A DNA stretch of 52,749 nucleotides, taken from the IMG/VR virus record IMGVR_UViG_3300044617_001342, positions 1 through 52,749 of that record. One strand, written 5' to 3'. The notes below the pieces were generated by a model that made no database searches, was not told where the DNA came from, and saw only the letters and a program-made list of their open reading frames with translations. A program made the translations under genes and the position numbers. Source of the DNA: a virus (Duplodnaviria; Caudoviricetes). This document shows, piece after piece, positions 32,034-39,996 of the stretch (its first letter is position 1; every line of letters starts with the position of its first letter).

Positions 32034-32568
32034 ACAATTATTATCAAAAATCAGCGTATTAAATGAAAATGCCCCAGAGCACACCTTTGGCGGTGGCCTT
32101 TATATCGGTGACCCTCAAGGAAAGTTGGGCCAATCTGCCCTAACTGACAAGGGAACCCACAACATCAAGCTCCCTCACTCTCTAGACGCAATCAATGCGA
32201 TGCTTTATGGTCTATCCTCCAGAGAATACATTGATCCAGATGGTCTTTTGGGAATAATCAAGCAAAAACTAAATCATTTTGGTTTTGATTTTGCTCCCAA
32301 GGGTTCATTGCAAGAAGGACCAAATATGTTTGAGTTGGTTCAATATGGCAGTCCTCAATTGGGCGTTTATGGTCAAAATCCATATGATGATGTCAATAAA
32401 AACGGATTCAAACAAGGTGATGGCATCAAGGAAAAGATTGGCCACTCACTAGCTCTTTCAATTACGGTTGTCAAGCAACCAAATCATCTAAAGAAGCTAT
32501 CAATAGTCATTGTACCAACTGGTGATTCATCTTTAAATAGTGGTTCTGACTGTGGCTGCATGCACTAA
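32023..32568 (+). CDS. Hypothetical late protein
   Basis: TCTAAATA 32003-32010, AAGGA; MKFKQLL..LNE leader. Confidence 0.6.
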   Translation: MKFKQLLSKISVLNENAPEHTFGGGLYIGDPQGKLGQSALTDKGTHNIKLPHSLDAINAMLYGLSSREYIDPDGLLGIIKQKLNHFGFDFAPKGSLQEGPNMFELVQYGSPQLGVYGQNPYDDVNKNGFKQGDGIKEKIGHSLALSITVVKQPNHLKKLSIVIVPTGDSSLNSGSDCGCMH

Positions 32569-32575
32569 TTCCATA

Positions 32576-32974
32576 ATGCAAGAAAAAATAGTACCTCTGA
32601 CAGAAGATAATTTTCTCGACTTCTGTCAGAGATATTATTTTAACTCAGAGTGTTCTGGAAAAAATGAATTCATGGATGATCTCAAGCGTATCAAATACGT
32701 AAAAAGATTATTACAAAAAGTTCATAAGCACAAGACTTTGAAATCAATTCGTGAAAGATTGATTATAAATCACATAATCATTTTAAAGAATGTTTTTGGT
32801 GAAGAGAATTGCACAAGAATTCTATTTTTTAGACTAGAACCAAGATTACACTCTTATCTCAAATCTTTCTTGGTATTCCTTGAATTTAACATTAAGTCAA
32901 TACCAGAAGTTCATTATCATAAGATTAATTGTGACCCTAGAGTCGATAGGAAGCTCCAGCAGGCTGAAAACTAA
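32576..32974 (+). CDS. Conserved T4-like hypothetical protein
   Basis: LTEDNFL..EFMDDLKRIKYVKRLL..ERLIINHIIILKNVFG pattern seen in cyanomyoviruses. Confidence 0.75.
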   Translation: MQEKIVPLTEDNFLDFCQRYYFNSECSGKNEFMDDLKRIKYVKRLLQKVHKHKTLKSIRERLIINHIIILKNVFGEENCTRILFFRLEPRLHSYLKSFLVFLEFNIKSIPEVHYHKINCDPRVDRKLQQAEN

Positions 32975-32984
32975 ATATTAGTAT

Positions 32985-34649
32985 ATGCCATCTTCATCAG
33001 CCTATATTCCTTCTTTCTCCATATCAAATTTTGCACAATCTGTTTCTGCTCCATATACTTCATTTGGAGCATATGCCTCAGGTGTAATTGATGCCAGTGG
33101 TAATTTATTAAAGCCCGAAAGTAGCATAGATCCTTATGAATATTTTGTAATAAAGTTAAAGAAAATATTTGAAGAGTTGCCAACAAACTACACTAAAGCT
33201 AGATTGAATAGCTACATGTCTGCATTCCAGATCTTTAATGAAGAAGCTGAGTCTTTTGGAATTCCTGAAAATCATTTTTTAATGTTTGTTGAAGGTTATC
33301 TTCAAGGTGGTCTGTTGTTGAACGAAGATATGGGAGCAGGAATGGCAACAGGTGGCTCTCCCGGAAGCATTGGAACCGCACAGGTTGTTCCAAACACAGG
33401 AACTGTAATGGGATATGACAAGCCAATGGATCTGCCATTGTTTAGAAGATCTCCTGTTGAAATGTTTGATGTAGATAATAACGAATTCCAAAATTTTAAA
33501 AATGCTAAAGCATGGAAGCATATTCCAGATAGCCCTACAAAAAAATATCTGAAGCGTTTTCAGCAAAGAAATCCAAACGGCAAAATGGCTATTAGAACTA
33601 AGAAGCCTGATACAGATGAGCATGATCTCTATTGGATCACATATCCTGCCAAGAATTTTATGGAAGAGTATGGACTGGATGTTATGGATTTTTTATTTGA
33701 AGAAACAGAAGCATTAACAAAAGCTTATAATGACGCCGATGATCGTTCTGGAGAACCATCGGTAGCAACATTGACAGATGCAGAAGAATTGGAATCCATT
33801 GGAAAAAAGACAATGGTTTCTTTGACTGCCAGAACTAAAAAAGAAACTGCTCAAAAAGAAATAGATAATGGTTCTGCTTTGTTTGGAAACACTAAAATAG
33901 TTGGTAGCAATGTTCAAAAAGAACAAGCTTTGTTGGATGCGATAACAAAAAAATTGCATGCCGCTGGATATAAATTAAAAACCGGAGTTAAATCAAAAGA
34001 AGAACTTGGAATTGGAGAGTTTGGTATTTTTGGAGAAGGTGGTAGAGGAGTACACTCCGATGTCCATGTCGGTATGGAACACCCTGAGAAAAAAGGTACA
34101 GTGCATCATATAGGTATTGAATCTGGATATAATAGAAAAATGCAGAAACAATATTTAATTCCCAGAGGAACAAGAGTTTCCATGACCAAATTTTTTAGTA
34201 ACATTGGCGTGCAACCTACTTCTTCAAACATATCTACCCGTGAAGGGGAAATTGATGTTGGTGAAGAATTGATTAAACGTGGAACTGTTTCTGGATCAAG
34301 AAAAAGATATGGTCTATGGCCAACATTGGAAAGATTATTTCCACGTACAATAGAGAGAGTAAAAGAAAAATTTAGGCAACCAGCATATCAAGCAATTCGA
34401 ACAAAATCAGATGATTTGAGTATTATAGGTCATGAAGGTAGGATTGCAACAGTTCACCACAGAGGTGGAGATTTAGTTCAAAGAAAACTTTCTCAACAAT
34501 TGATGGATCAAATGGGTTTGCACCACACACATGAATTAGATGAACTTACTTTTTCAAGATCACCATTTTATGGTGGTTCTAAGAAAAAGAAAGGTATTGC
34601 AAAAAAGAAGAAAAAAAAAGGTATTGCAAAAAAGAACAAAAAGAAATAA
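32985..34649 (+). CDS. Hypothetical late protein with poly-Lys tail
   Basis: ACTAAATA 32970-32977; GVIDASGNLLK..KLKKI N-terminal module; LNE/LFEE sites. Confidence 0.65.
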   Translation: MPSSSAYIPSFSISNFAQSVSAPYTSFGAYASGVIDASGNLLKPESSIDPYEYFVIKLKKIFEELPTNYTKARLNSYMSAFQIFNEEAESFGIPENHFLMFVEGYLQGGLLLNEDMGAGMATGGSPGSIGTAQVVPNTGTVMGYDKPMDLPLFRRSPVEMFDVDNNEFQNFKNAKAWKHIPDSPTKKYLKRFQQRNPNGKMAIRTKKPDTDEHDLYWITYPAKNFMEEYGLDVMDFLFEETEALTKAYNDADDRSGEPSVATLTDAEELESIGKKTMVSLTARTKKETAQKEIDNGSALFGNTKIVGSNVQKEQALLDAITKKLHAAGYKLKTGVKSKEELGIGEFGIFGEGGRGVHSDVHVGMEHPEKKGTVHHIGIESGYNRKMQKQYLIPRGTRVSMTKFFSNIGVQPTSSNISTREGEIDVGEELIKRGTVSGSRKRYGLWPTLERLFPRTIERVKEKFRQPAYQAIRTKSDDLSIIGHEGRIATVHHRGGDLVQRKLSQQLMDQMGLHHTHELDELTFSRSPFYGGSKKKKGIAKKKKKKGIAKKNKKK

Positions 34650-34672
34650 AAAACCCCCTTTCGGGGGTTTTC
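34648..34672. terminator. Bidirectional intrinsic terminator
   Basis: AAAAACCCCC-TTTC-GGGGGTTTT between convergent genes. Confidence 0.85.
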
Positions 34673-34888
34673 TCAATCCTGAATAAAGTTCTTACAACAC
34701 TTCGGTTTAGTGCAACCAGAGTTTGCTCTGGCTTCATTAATGATCTTGGTGTGAGCATCTTCCCAACCAGCAAGCCATTCCTGCCAATAAACTGAATTAG
34801 ATTCAAAAATATTGGAAGCCTTATCACCCCCATTCATTCTAGTGTCATAGCCTTTCTTATAGGCTGAACCTGGAACATAATCTGTCAT
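34673..34888 (-). CDS. Ribosome modulation factor (RMF)-like protein
   Basis: AYKKGY..G..N.F....QEWLAGWEDA matches the RMF pattern A..RGY.AG..CPY..QWLGGW. Confidence 0.55.
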   Translation of the reverse strand: MTDYVPGSAYKKGYDTRMNGGDKASNIFESNSVYWQEWLAGWEDAHTKIINEARANSGCTKPKCCKNFIQD

Positions 34889-35316
34889 TGTTTATCCTTT
34901 GGATCAATAGGAACAATTACGATTTGACTGATAAGCTTGTCAAGAGCCTTAACGTGAGCACGTTGCTCAGTAATGTTTAGATAACCACGAATCTCAATAA
35001 GCTTCTCGTAATCTTCACGAGAGAAAGTAGTCGTGGTCTTGGCAGGCTGTTGCTTCTTCATAGGACGACGATTGTTCATGGGATTCTTGGGGCGAGGGTT
35101 CTTGCTCCATTCCTTCATGATGTCATCAATGTTAAGATACTCTTTCATGCTCTCGGTGAAGTCTTGCCCACTGTTGATGTCATTCCACATCTTGCGGAAC
35201 TCTGGGCCCATGTTGCCATAGAAGAAGAACCCATTAGGGTTGTTGTTTGGATTGTTGGCGTCATCATCGTCGCCGTTCTGCCAGTTCTTGAAATCATTAT
35301 AATCAGAATTATTCAT
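34885..35316 (-). CDS. Hypothetical protein
   Basis: AAGGA upstream, ATGA coupling downstream. Confidence 0.65.
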   Translation of the reverse strand: MNNSDYNDFKNWQNGDDDDANNPNNNPNGFFFYGNMGPEFRKMWNDINSGQDFTESMKEYLNIDDIMKEWSKNPRPKNPMNNRRPMKKQQPAKTTTTFSREDYEKLIEIRGYLNITEQRAHVKALDKLISQIVIVPIDPKDKQ

Positions 35317-35324
35317 ATCTTTCC

Positions 35325-35624
35325 TTAGTTAGTGTCAAAAATTTGTTCGTAAACTACCTTGCCCCGATTGTCCGTAACGGATACATATCGAACGTGACGG
35401 CTCATTGCATCACTGATATTTAGGGGATCCTTTGGACCGAATGCCATGTGCTTGATCCAAGCAGGGCACCCACCAAGGGAAATACGAACTTCGGCACCAG
35501 TTGCATCAGTACCATAAAAATCAAATGCAGCCTTCTCACCATCATAATAGGTGAAGAAGCAATCAATAGAATCATACTTCTTGCGAACATCCGCAAGAGT
35601 CATTTCTGTAGCGGTCTTAGCCAT
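35325..35624 (-). CDS. Hypothetical protein
   Basis: Packed operon ORF. Confidence 0.65.
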   Translation of the reverse strand: MAKTATEMTLADVRKKYDSIDCFFTYYDGEKAAFDFYGTDATGAEVRISLGGCPAWIKHMAFGPKDPLNISDAMSRHVRYVSVTDNRGKVVYEQIFDTN

Positions 35625-35790
35625 TAGGCAATCTCACTTGCTTGATTAAAATAGGTAGTTGGCCATTCGCGTCAAGCGCACGAAGAGTACCAACTTTAGC
35701 CTCCATGAGGCTCTTGTGACGGTTATTACGAAGACGGGTTTTGCGCTTTCTATGCGCCCGAGCAGTTACACGTTGTTTTGAATTAGGCAT
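35617..35790 (-). CDS. 57-aa basic protein resembling N-terminus of ribosomal protein bS20 (not in ORF track)
   Basis: MPNSKQRVTARAHRKRKTRLRNNRHKSLMEAKVGTLRALDANGQLPILIKQVRLPNG; leaderless after TTGACA-16-TATACT (35824-35797). Confidence 0.55.
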   Translation of the reverse strand: MPNSKQRVTARAHRKRKTRLRNNRHKSLMEAKVGTLRALDANGQLPILIKQVRLPNG

Positions 35791-35796
35791 ATGAAT

Positions 35797-35824
35797 AGTA
35801 TACTCCTTATTTATGGTCTGTCAA
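35797..35824 (-). promoter_or_regulatory. sigma70-like promoter TTGACA-16-TATACT with nested CATAAATA
   Basis: Read directly; ATG 6 nt after -10. Confidence 0.75.
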
Positions 35825-35828
35825 ATAA

Positions 35829-35854
35829 CAAAACCCCCTTTGAAGGGGGTTTTG
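35829..35854 (-). terminator. Terminator hairpin after tmRNA
   Basis: CAAAACCCCCT-TTGA-AGGGGGTTTTG. Confidence 0.8.
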
Positions 35855-36170
35855 GGTCGATTCAGATGCGGGAGACCAAACCCCACTGCTTTAAGCAGCC
35901 ATTGCCATATAGTTGGCAATTATTTTTGCAACTGTTTATTTACGACACTTGTTACCCGTGTCGGGTATCTCCTTCTTCATTACTTTGCGCCAATCGATTC
36001 CTTTCGACCCCGGTGACCCGAAGCCTAGGACTTCGGGAAATGCCCCGCTGCTACGAGGACTTAATTCGCCGTTTTCAGAGGATTGCAGATTCTCTGACTT
36101 AGGCTAATGGAGTCGGGGGGATTCGAACCCCCGTCTTGTACGCATTTCAATCCAATATCAACAATACCAT
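35855..36170 (-). ncRNA. ssrA: Circularly permuted (two-piece) tmRNA
   Basis: Acceptor piece ends GACGGGGGTTCGAATCCCCCCGACTCCA (36108); coding piece starts GGGGTCGAAAGGAATCGA (36011); G3-U70 pair; pk1; tag ANYMAMAA* at 35917-35891; outer ends approximate. Confidence 0.9.
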
Positions 36171-36180
36171 TTTTATTTAG

Positions 36181-36263
36181 TGCGAGCGGAAGGATTCGAA
36201 CCTTCGTAGACATAAGCCAGCAGATTTACAGTCTGCCCTCGTTGACCGCTTGAGTACACTCGC
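36181..36263 (-). tRNA. trnY: tRNA-Tyr(GTA), CCA not encoded
   Basis: GCGAGTG/CGCTCGC acceptor, GCAGA-CTGTAAA-TCTGC, long variable arm. Confidence 0.95.
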
Positions 36264-36413
36264 TAAAGTCGGGCATTGAATCCTTTTTCCAGCCCTGATC
36301 AAGGTCTGGGAAGTATAGTACTAGCCCTGCGCGTTCTTCTAAGGTATCCCGCGCCCCACCTCTGATTACTGCTAGGGTATCAGTTATCCCTATACAGTTT
36401 TATAGATTGTCAG

Positions 36414-36539
36414 TTATTTAGTCTTCTTTTTTGATTTCTTCTTTTTCTTGAAAATTGCATCAAAATTCTTACCGTACTGTTCCATGTTCACGGGACGGGG
36501 AGAACTTCCTTTTCCAGCACCATGTGATCCGTAATCCAT
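36414..36539 (-). CDS. 41-aa basic protein (not in ORF track)
   Basis: MDYGSHGAGKGSSPRPVNMEQYGKNFDAIFKKKKKSKKKTK; leaderless after TTGACT-16-TATACT (36573-36546). Confidence 0.7.
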   Translation of the reverse strand: MDYGSHGAGKGSSPRPVNMEQYGKNFDAIFKKKKKSKKKTK

Positions 36540-36545
36540 GCCAGC

Positions 36546-36582
36546 AGTATATACCATATATAACGGAAGTCAAATCTAAATA
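36546..36582. promoter_or_regulatory. Divergent pair: TTGACT-16-TATACT (-) and late TCTAAATA (+)
   Basis: Read directly. Confidence 0.75.
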
Positions 36583-36587
36583 TTGAT

Positions 36588-37433
36588 ATGAAGAACAATA
36601 AAGGTAGATACAACTGGATTCATTCTCTAAACGAGGCTGGCCTTCAAGCCCAACAAAATGGCTTTAATATGCTTAATGAAGCTACAGCCAAAAAAATTAC
36701 TGATCCTGCTAAAATAGCCCAATTAATGGGTCAAATGCCTCAACCGACTGTAATTGATCCCGAATCACCAAGCGCTCATCCTGCCGATGTTATGGATGCA
36801 ATTAGCCGTCTTGGTGCTCATTCTGCCGGAACAATTAAACTGGCCGATGGTGATGTTGGTGCTTATGTAGATCTTGAAAGAATGAAACGGGCTGAAAGAC
36901 TTGCTCAATTGGCACGAAATACAGGTCCAGTTGACGCCAAACCAGCTGGAAATGCCAATGATGTTGCTGCAGACGGACAAGATGGTGTTATGGCTGATCC
37001 AGAAGATTCAGATTTCGAAGATGAAATCGCTCAGGCTGCAGACATCCGTGCAGTTGCACTTGCAAATAGAGCAAGACGCGAACAAGAAGAATATCCTGAA
37101 GAACCCGAAGATGATTATCGTTATACGGCTCCAACTGCAAATTGGCAGACAGTAAGAGAATCAATTAATTCTAAGATTTCAAGAATGATGAATGAGGCTA
37201 AAAAAGCTGTTCGTGGACGTATAGTCACTGGAGCCGATTCTGAAATTCCTACTAGAAGTCCAAATAGTTTAGATGCTCCAAGAGGAATATTTAGAGGTAC
37301 AGAAACTCCCAGCGAAAAGCTTGGAAAGATTTTAGAAATTGTTCGTGATGGTCCAGAAAAGCATGGTGAAGAAAAACATAGTTGGGCTTCTAATGCTTTA
37401 GAAGTAATGCAAAAACAATTGCGTAAGGGTTAA
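36588..37433 (+). CDS. Hypothetical late protein (probable internal head protein)
   Basis: Late promoter; repeated LNE sites. Confidence 0.65.
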   Translation: MKNNKGRYNWIHSLNEAGLQAQQNGFNMLNEATAKKITDPAKIAQLMGQMPQPTVIDPESPSAHPADVMDAISRLGAHSAGTIKLADGDVGAYVDLERMKRAERLAQLARNTGPVDAKPAGNANDVAADGQDGVMADPEDSDFEDEIAQAADIRAVALANRARREQEEYPEEPEDDYRYTAPTANWQTVRESINSKISRMMNEAKKAVRGRIVTGADSEIPTRSPNSLDAPRGIFRGTETPSEKLGKILEIVRDGPEKHGEEKHSWASNALEVMQKQLRKG

Positions 37434-37636
37434 AGGTCGGGATACCCGATCTCTCGGGACCATTCCCATTCTTTCCATAACAATTTAGCAAATTCGTCGT
37501 CAGGATCATGACGACGAATTTCTATTTCTGCGATACCTTGTGCTGAGATGGCAGCATCCATTTCCCACGATAGCCAAAACCATTCACCCTTTTTAAGAAG
37601 GTTGTTGGTAATCAGACATCGAATGTCTTTAGGCAT
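37430..37636 (-). CDS. Hypothetical protein
   Basis: Trp-rich 68-aa ORF following 37638-37883. Confidence 0.55.
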   Translation of the reverse strand: MPKDIRCLITNNLLKKGEWFWLSWEMDAAISAQGIAEIEIRRHDPDDEFAKLLWKEWEWSREIGYPDL

Positions 37637-37637
37637 A

Positions 37638-37883
37638 TTAATTTATATAGAATGCAGTAAGACCAGCTGGTAATGCACTTGGGATAGCATATACTTGCAT
37701 AGGTAAAATAAATGGACTGCTATTAACTGTAATAGCTGTATTAAAAGTTCCACCGGCACCAGTAACCAAACTTAAAGTAATGCCAGTTCCTGCTGACAAC
37801 GCACCAGAGATTAAAAGACCTTTATGCTTAGGAATTCTGGAACCGACTGTAATTGGAGTTGCTTGAAAGTATTTGTCGTACAT
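37638..37883 (-). CDS. Small beta-rich structural protein
   Basis: TCTAAATA (-) 37892-37899; ILPMQVY motif. Confidence 0.55.
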   Translation of the reverse strand: MYDKYFQATPITVGSRIPKHKGLLISGALSAGTGITLSLVTGAGGTFNTAITVNSSPFILPMQVYAIPSALPAGLTAFYIN

Positions 37884-37901
37884 GTTACAAATATTTAGAC
37901 T

Positions 37902-38180
37902 TTATTTTATAGACCAAAATTGATCCAATTCTTCTTTGGTTTTGGCATAATTGATCATCCAAATGCAATGATATCTTCCATAAGGAATGGATTTACAGAC
38001 ACCCACATGGTACCCAGAACCTTCATTATATTGAGAGGCCACTACTTTATATGAAGTTTTGGTTTCTACTTCATCTATAAAATTTTGAACATATTCAGGA
38101 TAGATCTTTTTGGGGATCACCACTGGCTTTTTATTATATTTGCGCTTGGGCTGAGTAGAAGTTTTACGGTGTCTGGGCAT
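37902..38180 (-). CDS. Hypothetical protein
   Basis: ORF immediately after tRNA-Gly. Confidence 0.55.
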   Translation of the reverse strand: MPRHRKTSTQPKRKYNKKPVVIPKKIYPEYVQNFIDEVETKTSYKVVASQYNEGSGYHVGVCKSIPYGRYHCIWMINYAKTKEELDQFWSIK

Positions 38181-38183
38181 AAA

Positions 38184-38255
38184 TGCGGCTGGAGGGAATC
38201 GAACCCTCGTGACGGGTTTGGAAAACCCGCGTAATGGCCGTTATACGACAGCCGC
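38184..38255 (-). tRNA. trnG: tRNA-Gly(TCC), CCA not encoded
   Basis: GCGGCTG/CAGCCGC acceptor, CGGGT-TTTCCAA-ACCCG. Confidence 0.93.
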
Positions 38256-38287
38256 AGATTAAATTAGTATAATACATAAATATTAGT

Positions 38288-38992
38288 ATGCAAGAACTAA
38301 ATGAAGGAAATATTTTTGATATTCAAGATGTTTTTGGTGCAAATTTAAATGCATCACAAATGGGTATTAAAAAACAAAAGAATGCTGTCAAATCTCAATT
38401 ATTTGATTATTTGAAAAGAAATAAAGTTCAAAATCCAGAACAAGTTATTAAACAAACTTTTGGTGATTTGGTGGAAAAAGCGGGTGGTGGTATGGGTGTA
38501 GGTGAGGCTGGTTTTGGTCCACCAGAAAACGTTGGTGATGCGTTGCCATTCTTAGATCCTTCAAATAAAACAGGTGCGGAAGTCGTAGTGGTTGCAAATA
38601 AAAATGGAAAAGCATATACATCTCCTTCTTCTGGATTTGGTATGGGTTTTGCCTTGGATCCAATGTTGGTTCCCAATGTAAGTCAATTTGTTAATTTTCA
38701 TGCCGATAAAGGTGATCAAGGAGCTGTAAGTGATTCTTTTGAACAAGAAAGATTAGAAGATACAGATACTCCAGAAGAATTGTCACATATTACATGGCAA
38801 AAAATGAATAATGCTGTTGCGAATTATGTTTATAAAAATTTAAAACAGACTCTTCAACAGTATCATGCTTACTTGCCAGATGAAATGTATCAGAATCAAT
38901 CTGGGACTCCCGCAATAAATTCACATCATTATGATCCATATTCTAGACAAGTATATATGCCTAAGAAATTTAATAGCGAACCTCAAATATAA
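38288..38992 (+). CDS. Hypothetical late protein
   Basis: CATAAATA 38275-38282; MQELNE start. Confidence 0.6.
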   Translation: MQELNEGNIFDIQDVFGANLNASQMGIKKQKNAVKSQLFDYLKRNKVQNPEQVIKQTFGDLVEKAGGGMGVGEAGFGPPENVGDALPFLDPSNKTGAEVVVVANKNGKAYTSPSSGFGMGFALDPMLVPNVSQFVNFHADKGDQGAVSDSFEQERLEDTDTPEELSHITWQKMNNAVANYVYKNLKQTLQQYHAYLPDEMYQNQSGTPAINSHHYDPYSRQVYMPKKFNSEPQI

Positions 38993-39010
38993 ATAAATTA
39001 AAAGGACACC

Positions 39011-39358
39011 ATGAATCACATCACAAATTATTATAAAAACAAATGCGAAATTTTGAATGAACAACTCAATTCATTGCAAAATACAATCAATACATTACTT
39101 ACAGAAAAATCAAGAGGATTTGATGTTGCTCAAGAGCAACAAAACCTTCTACATCCTCCTAATTGGTACAGGAATCGTGGATTACCAAATCCATGGGATG
39201 CAATGGATCCAAAACAACGTTCCAGAGAATTGCAACGCCTTTTAGATTATTGGAGCTCAATGGATATCGGAGCACCGGGTTTACAAACCGTGCCTAACAT
39301 GCCTTTCCTTAACCCCAGACCAGCAGAATTTTCTATTGGTGAACGTTTACATTTATAA
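39011..39358 (+). CDS. Late protein with MNHITNYYKN leader
   Basis: TATAAATA 38988-38995, AAGGA. Confidence 0.65.
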   Translation: MNHITNYYKNKCEILNEQLNSLQNTINTLLTEKSRGFDVAQEQQNLLHPPNWYRNRGLPNPWDAMDPKQRSRELQRLLDYWSSMDIGAPGLQTVPNMPFLNPRPAEFSIGERLHL

Positions 39359-39366
39359 TTTAAAAA

Positions 39367-39543
39367 TTAATTTTTACGGAAGAACTCATCAAACTTTTTG
39401 GTGAGTTCTTCCCTTTTTTTAGTATATTGATTATAATCTTTTTGACTCTCTTTACCATCGGTCTCAAGTCTTCCCAATTTATACATTACTTGGCCAAACT
39501 CATAAATTGCATTTTCAAGTTCTTTGTTTGATATACTAAACAT
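39367..39543 (-). CDS. 58-aa hypothetical protein (not in ORF track)
   Basis: MFSISNKELENAIYEFGQVMYKLGRLE..; after TTGTTT-16-TATAAT (39578-39551). Confidence 0.55.
   Translation of the reverse strand: MFSISNKELENAIYEFGQVMYKLGRLETDGKESQKDYNQYTKKREELTKKFDEFFRKN
39378..39420 (+). terminator. Intrinsic terminator
   Basis: GGAAGAACTCATCA..TGGTGAGTTCTTCC followed by C-TTTTTTT. Confidence 0.7.
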
Positions 39544-39603
39544 GATGTATATTATACATCCATTTTAAGTAAAAACAAATATTATAAATAGTTTAAGAGT
39601 ATA

Positions 39604-39984
39604 ATGAGAAAACAATTTTTATCTTTTAAAGAATTTTTAAATGAAGCATTGGCTTTGGTTGGACCTCCCGGTGGACCAGGAATGCCACAACAGGGGATGC
39701 CTCCGGGTGGTATGCCTCCGATGCCAAAAGGCAAAGGAAAAAAGATGCCAATGCAACCTCAACAAGATCCGTTGAAGCCTCAAAATTATCAAGGATTTAC
39801 TAATAGCCCCGAAGAAGAAGCAGACTTAAGAAATCTTATTGCAACTCAATATGATGATCCAGACACAATGGAACAAGAACAAGCACAAGATGCTTCATGG
39901 CAGACTCTGAATACAGCACAACAAAATGCATCTCAAAGAGCATTAGAACAATTAAAAGCCAAACAAGGAATGGTAACAAGATAA
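39604..39984 (+). CDS. Pro/Gly/Gln-rich late protein with CTS-like leader
   Basis: TATAAATA 39583-39590; LSFKEFLNE. Confidence 0.65.
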   Translation: MRKQFLSFKEFLNEALALVGPPGGPGMPQQGMPPGGMPPMPKGKGKKMPMQPQQDPLKPQNYQGFTNSPEEEADLRNLIATQYDDPDTMEQEQAQDASWQTLNTAQQNASQRALEQLKAKQGMVTR

Positions 39985-39996
39985 AGGACAATAAAA

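Noticed and set aside
35791-36107. Three + strand ORFs in the track
   Set aside because: Antisense to the tmRNA; no protein-like features
36012-36107. HDV-like (theta) or hammerhead ribozyme in the tmRNA spacer
   Set aside because: TCCTCG is present but its flanks (AAG/AGC) do not form P3; CTGAAAA does not fit the CUGANGA core
36264-36413. RNase P RNA
   Set aside because: Too short and lacks the GGAAAGUC and ACAGAA conserved regions
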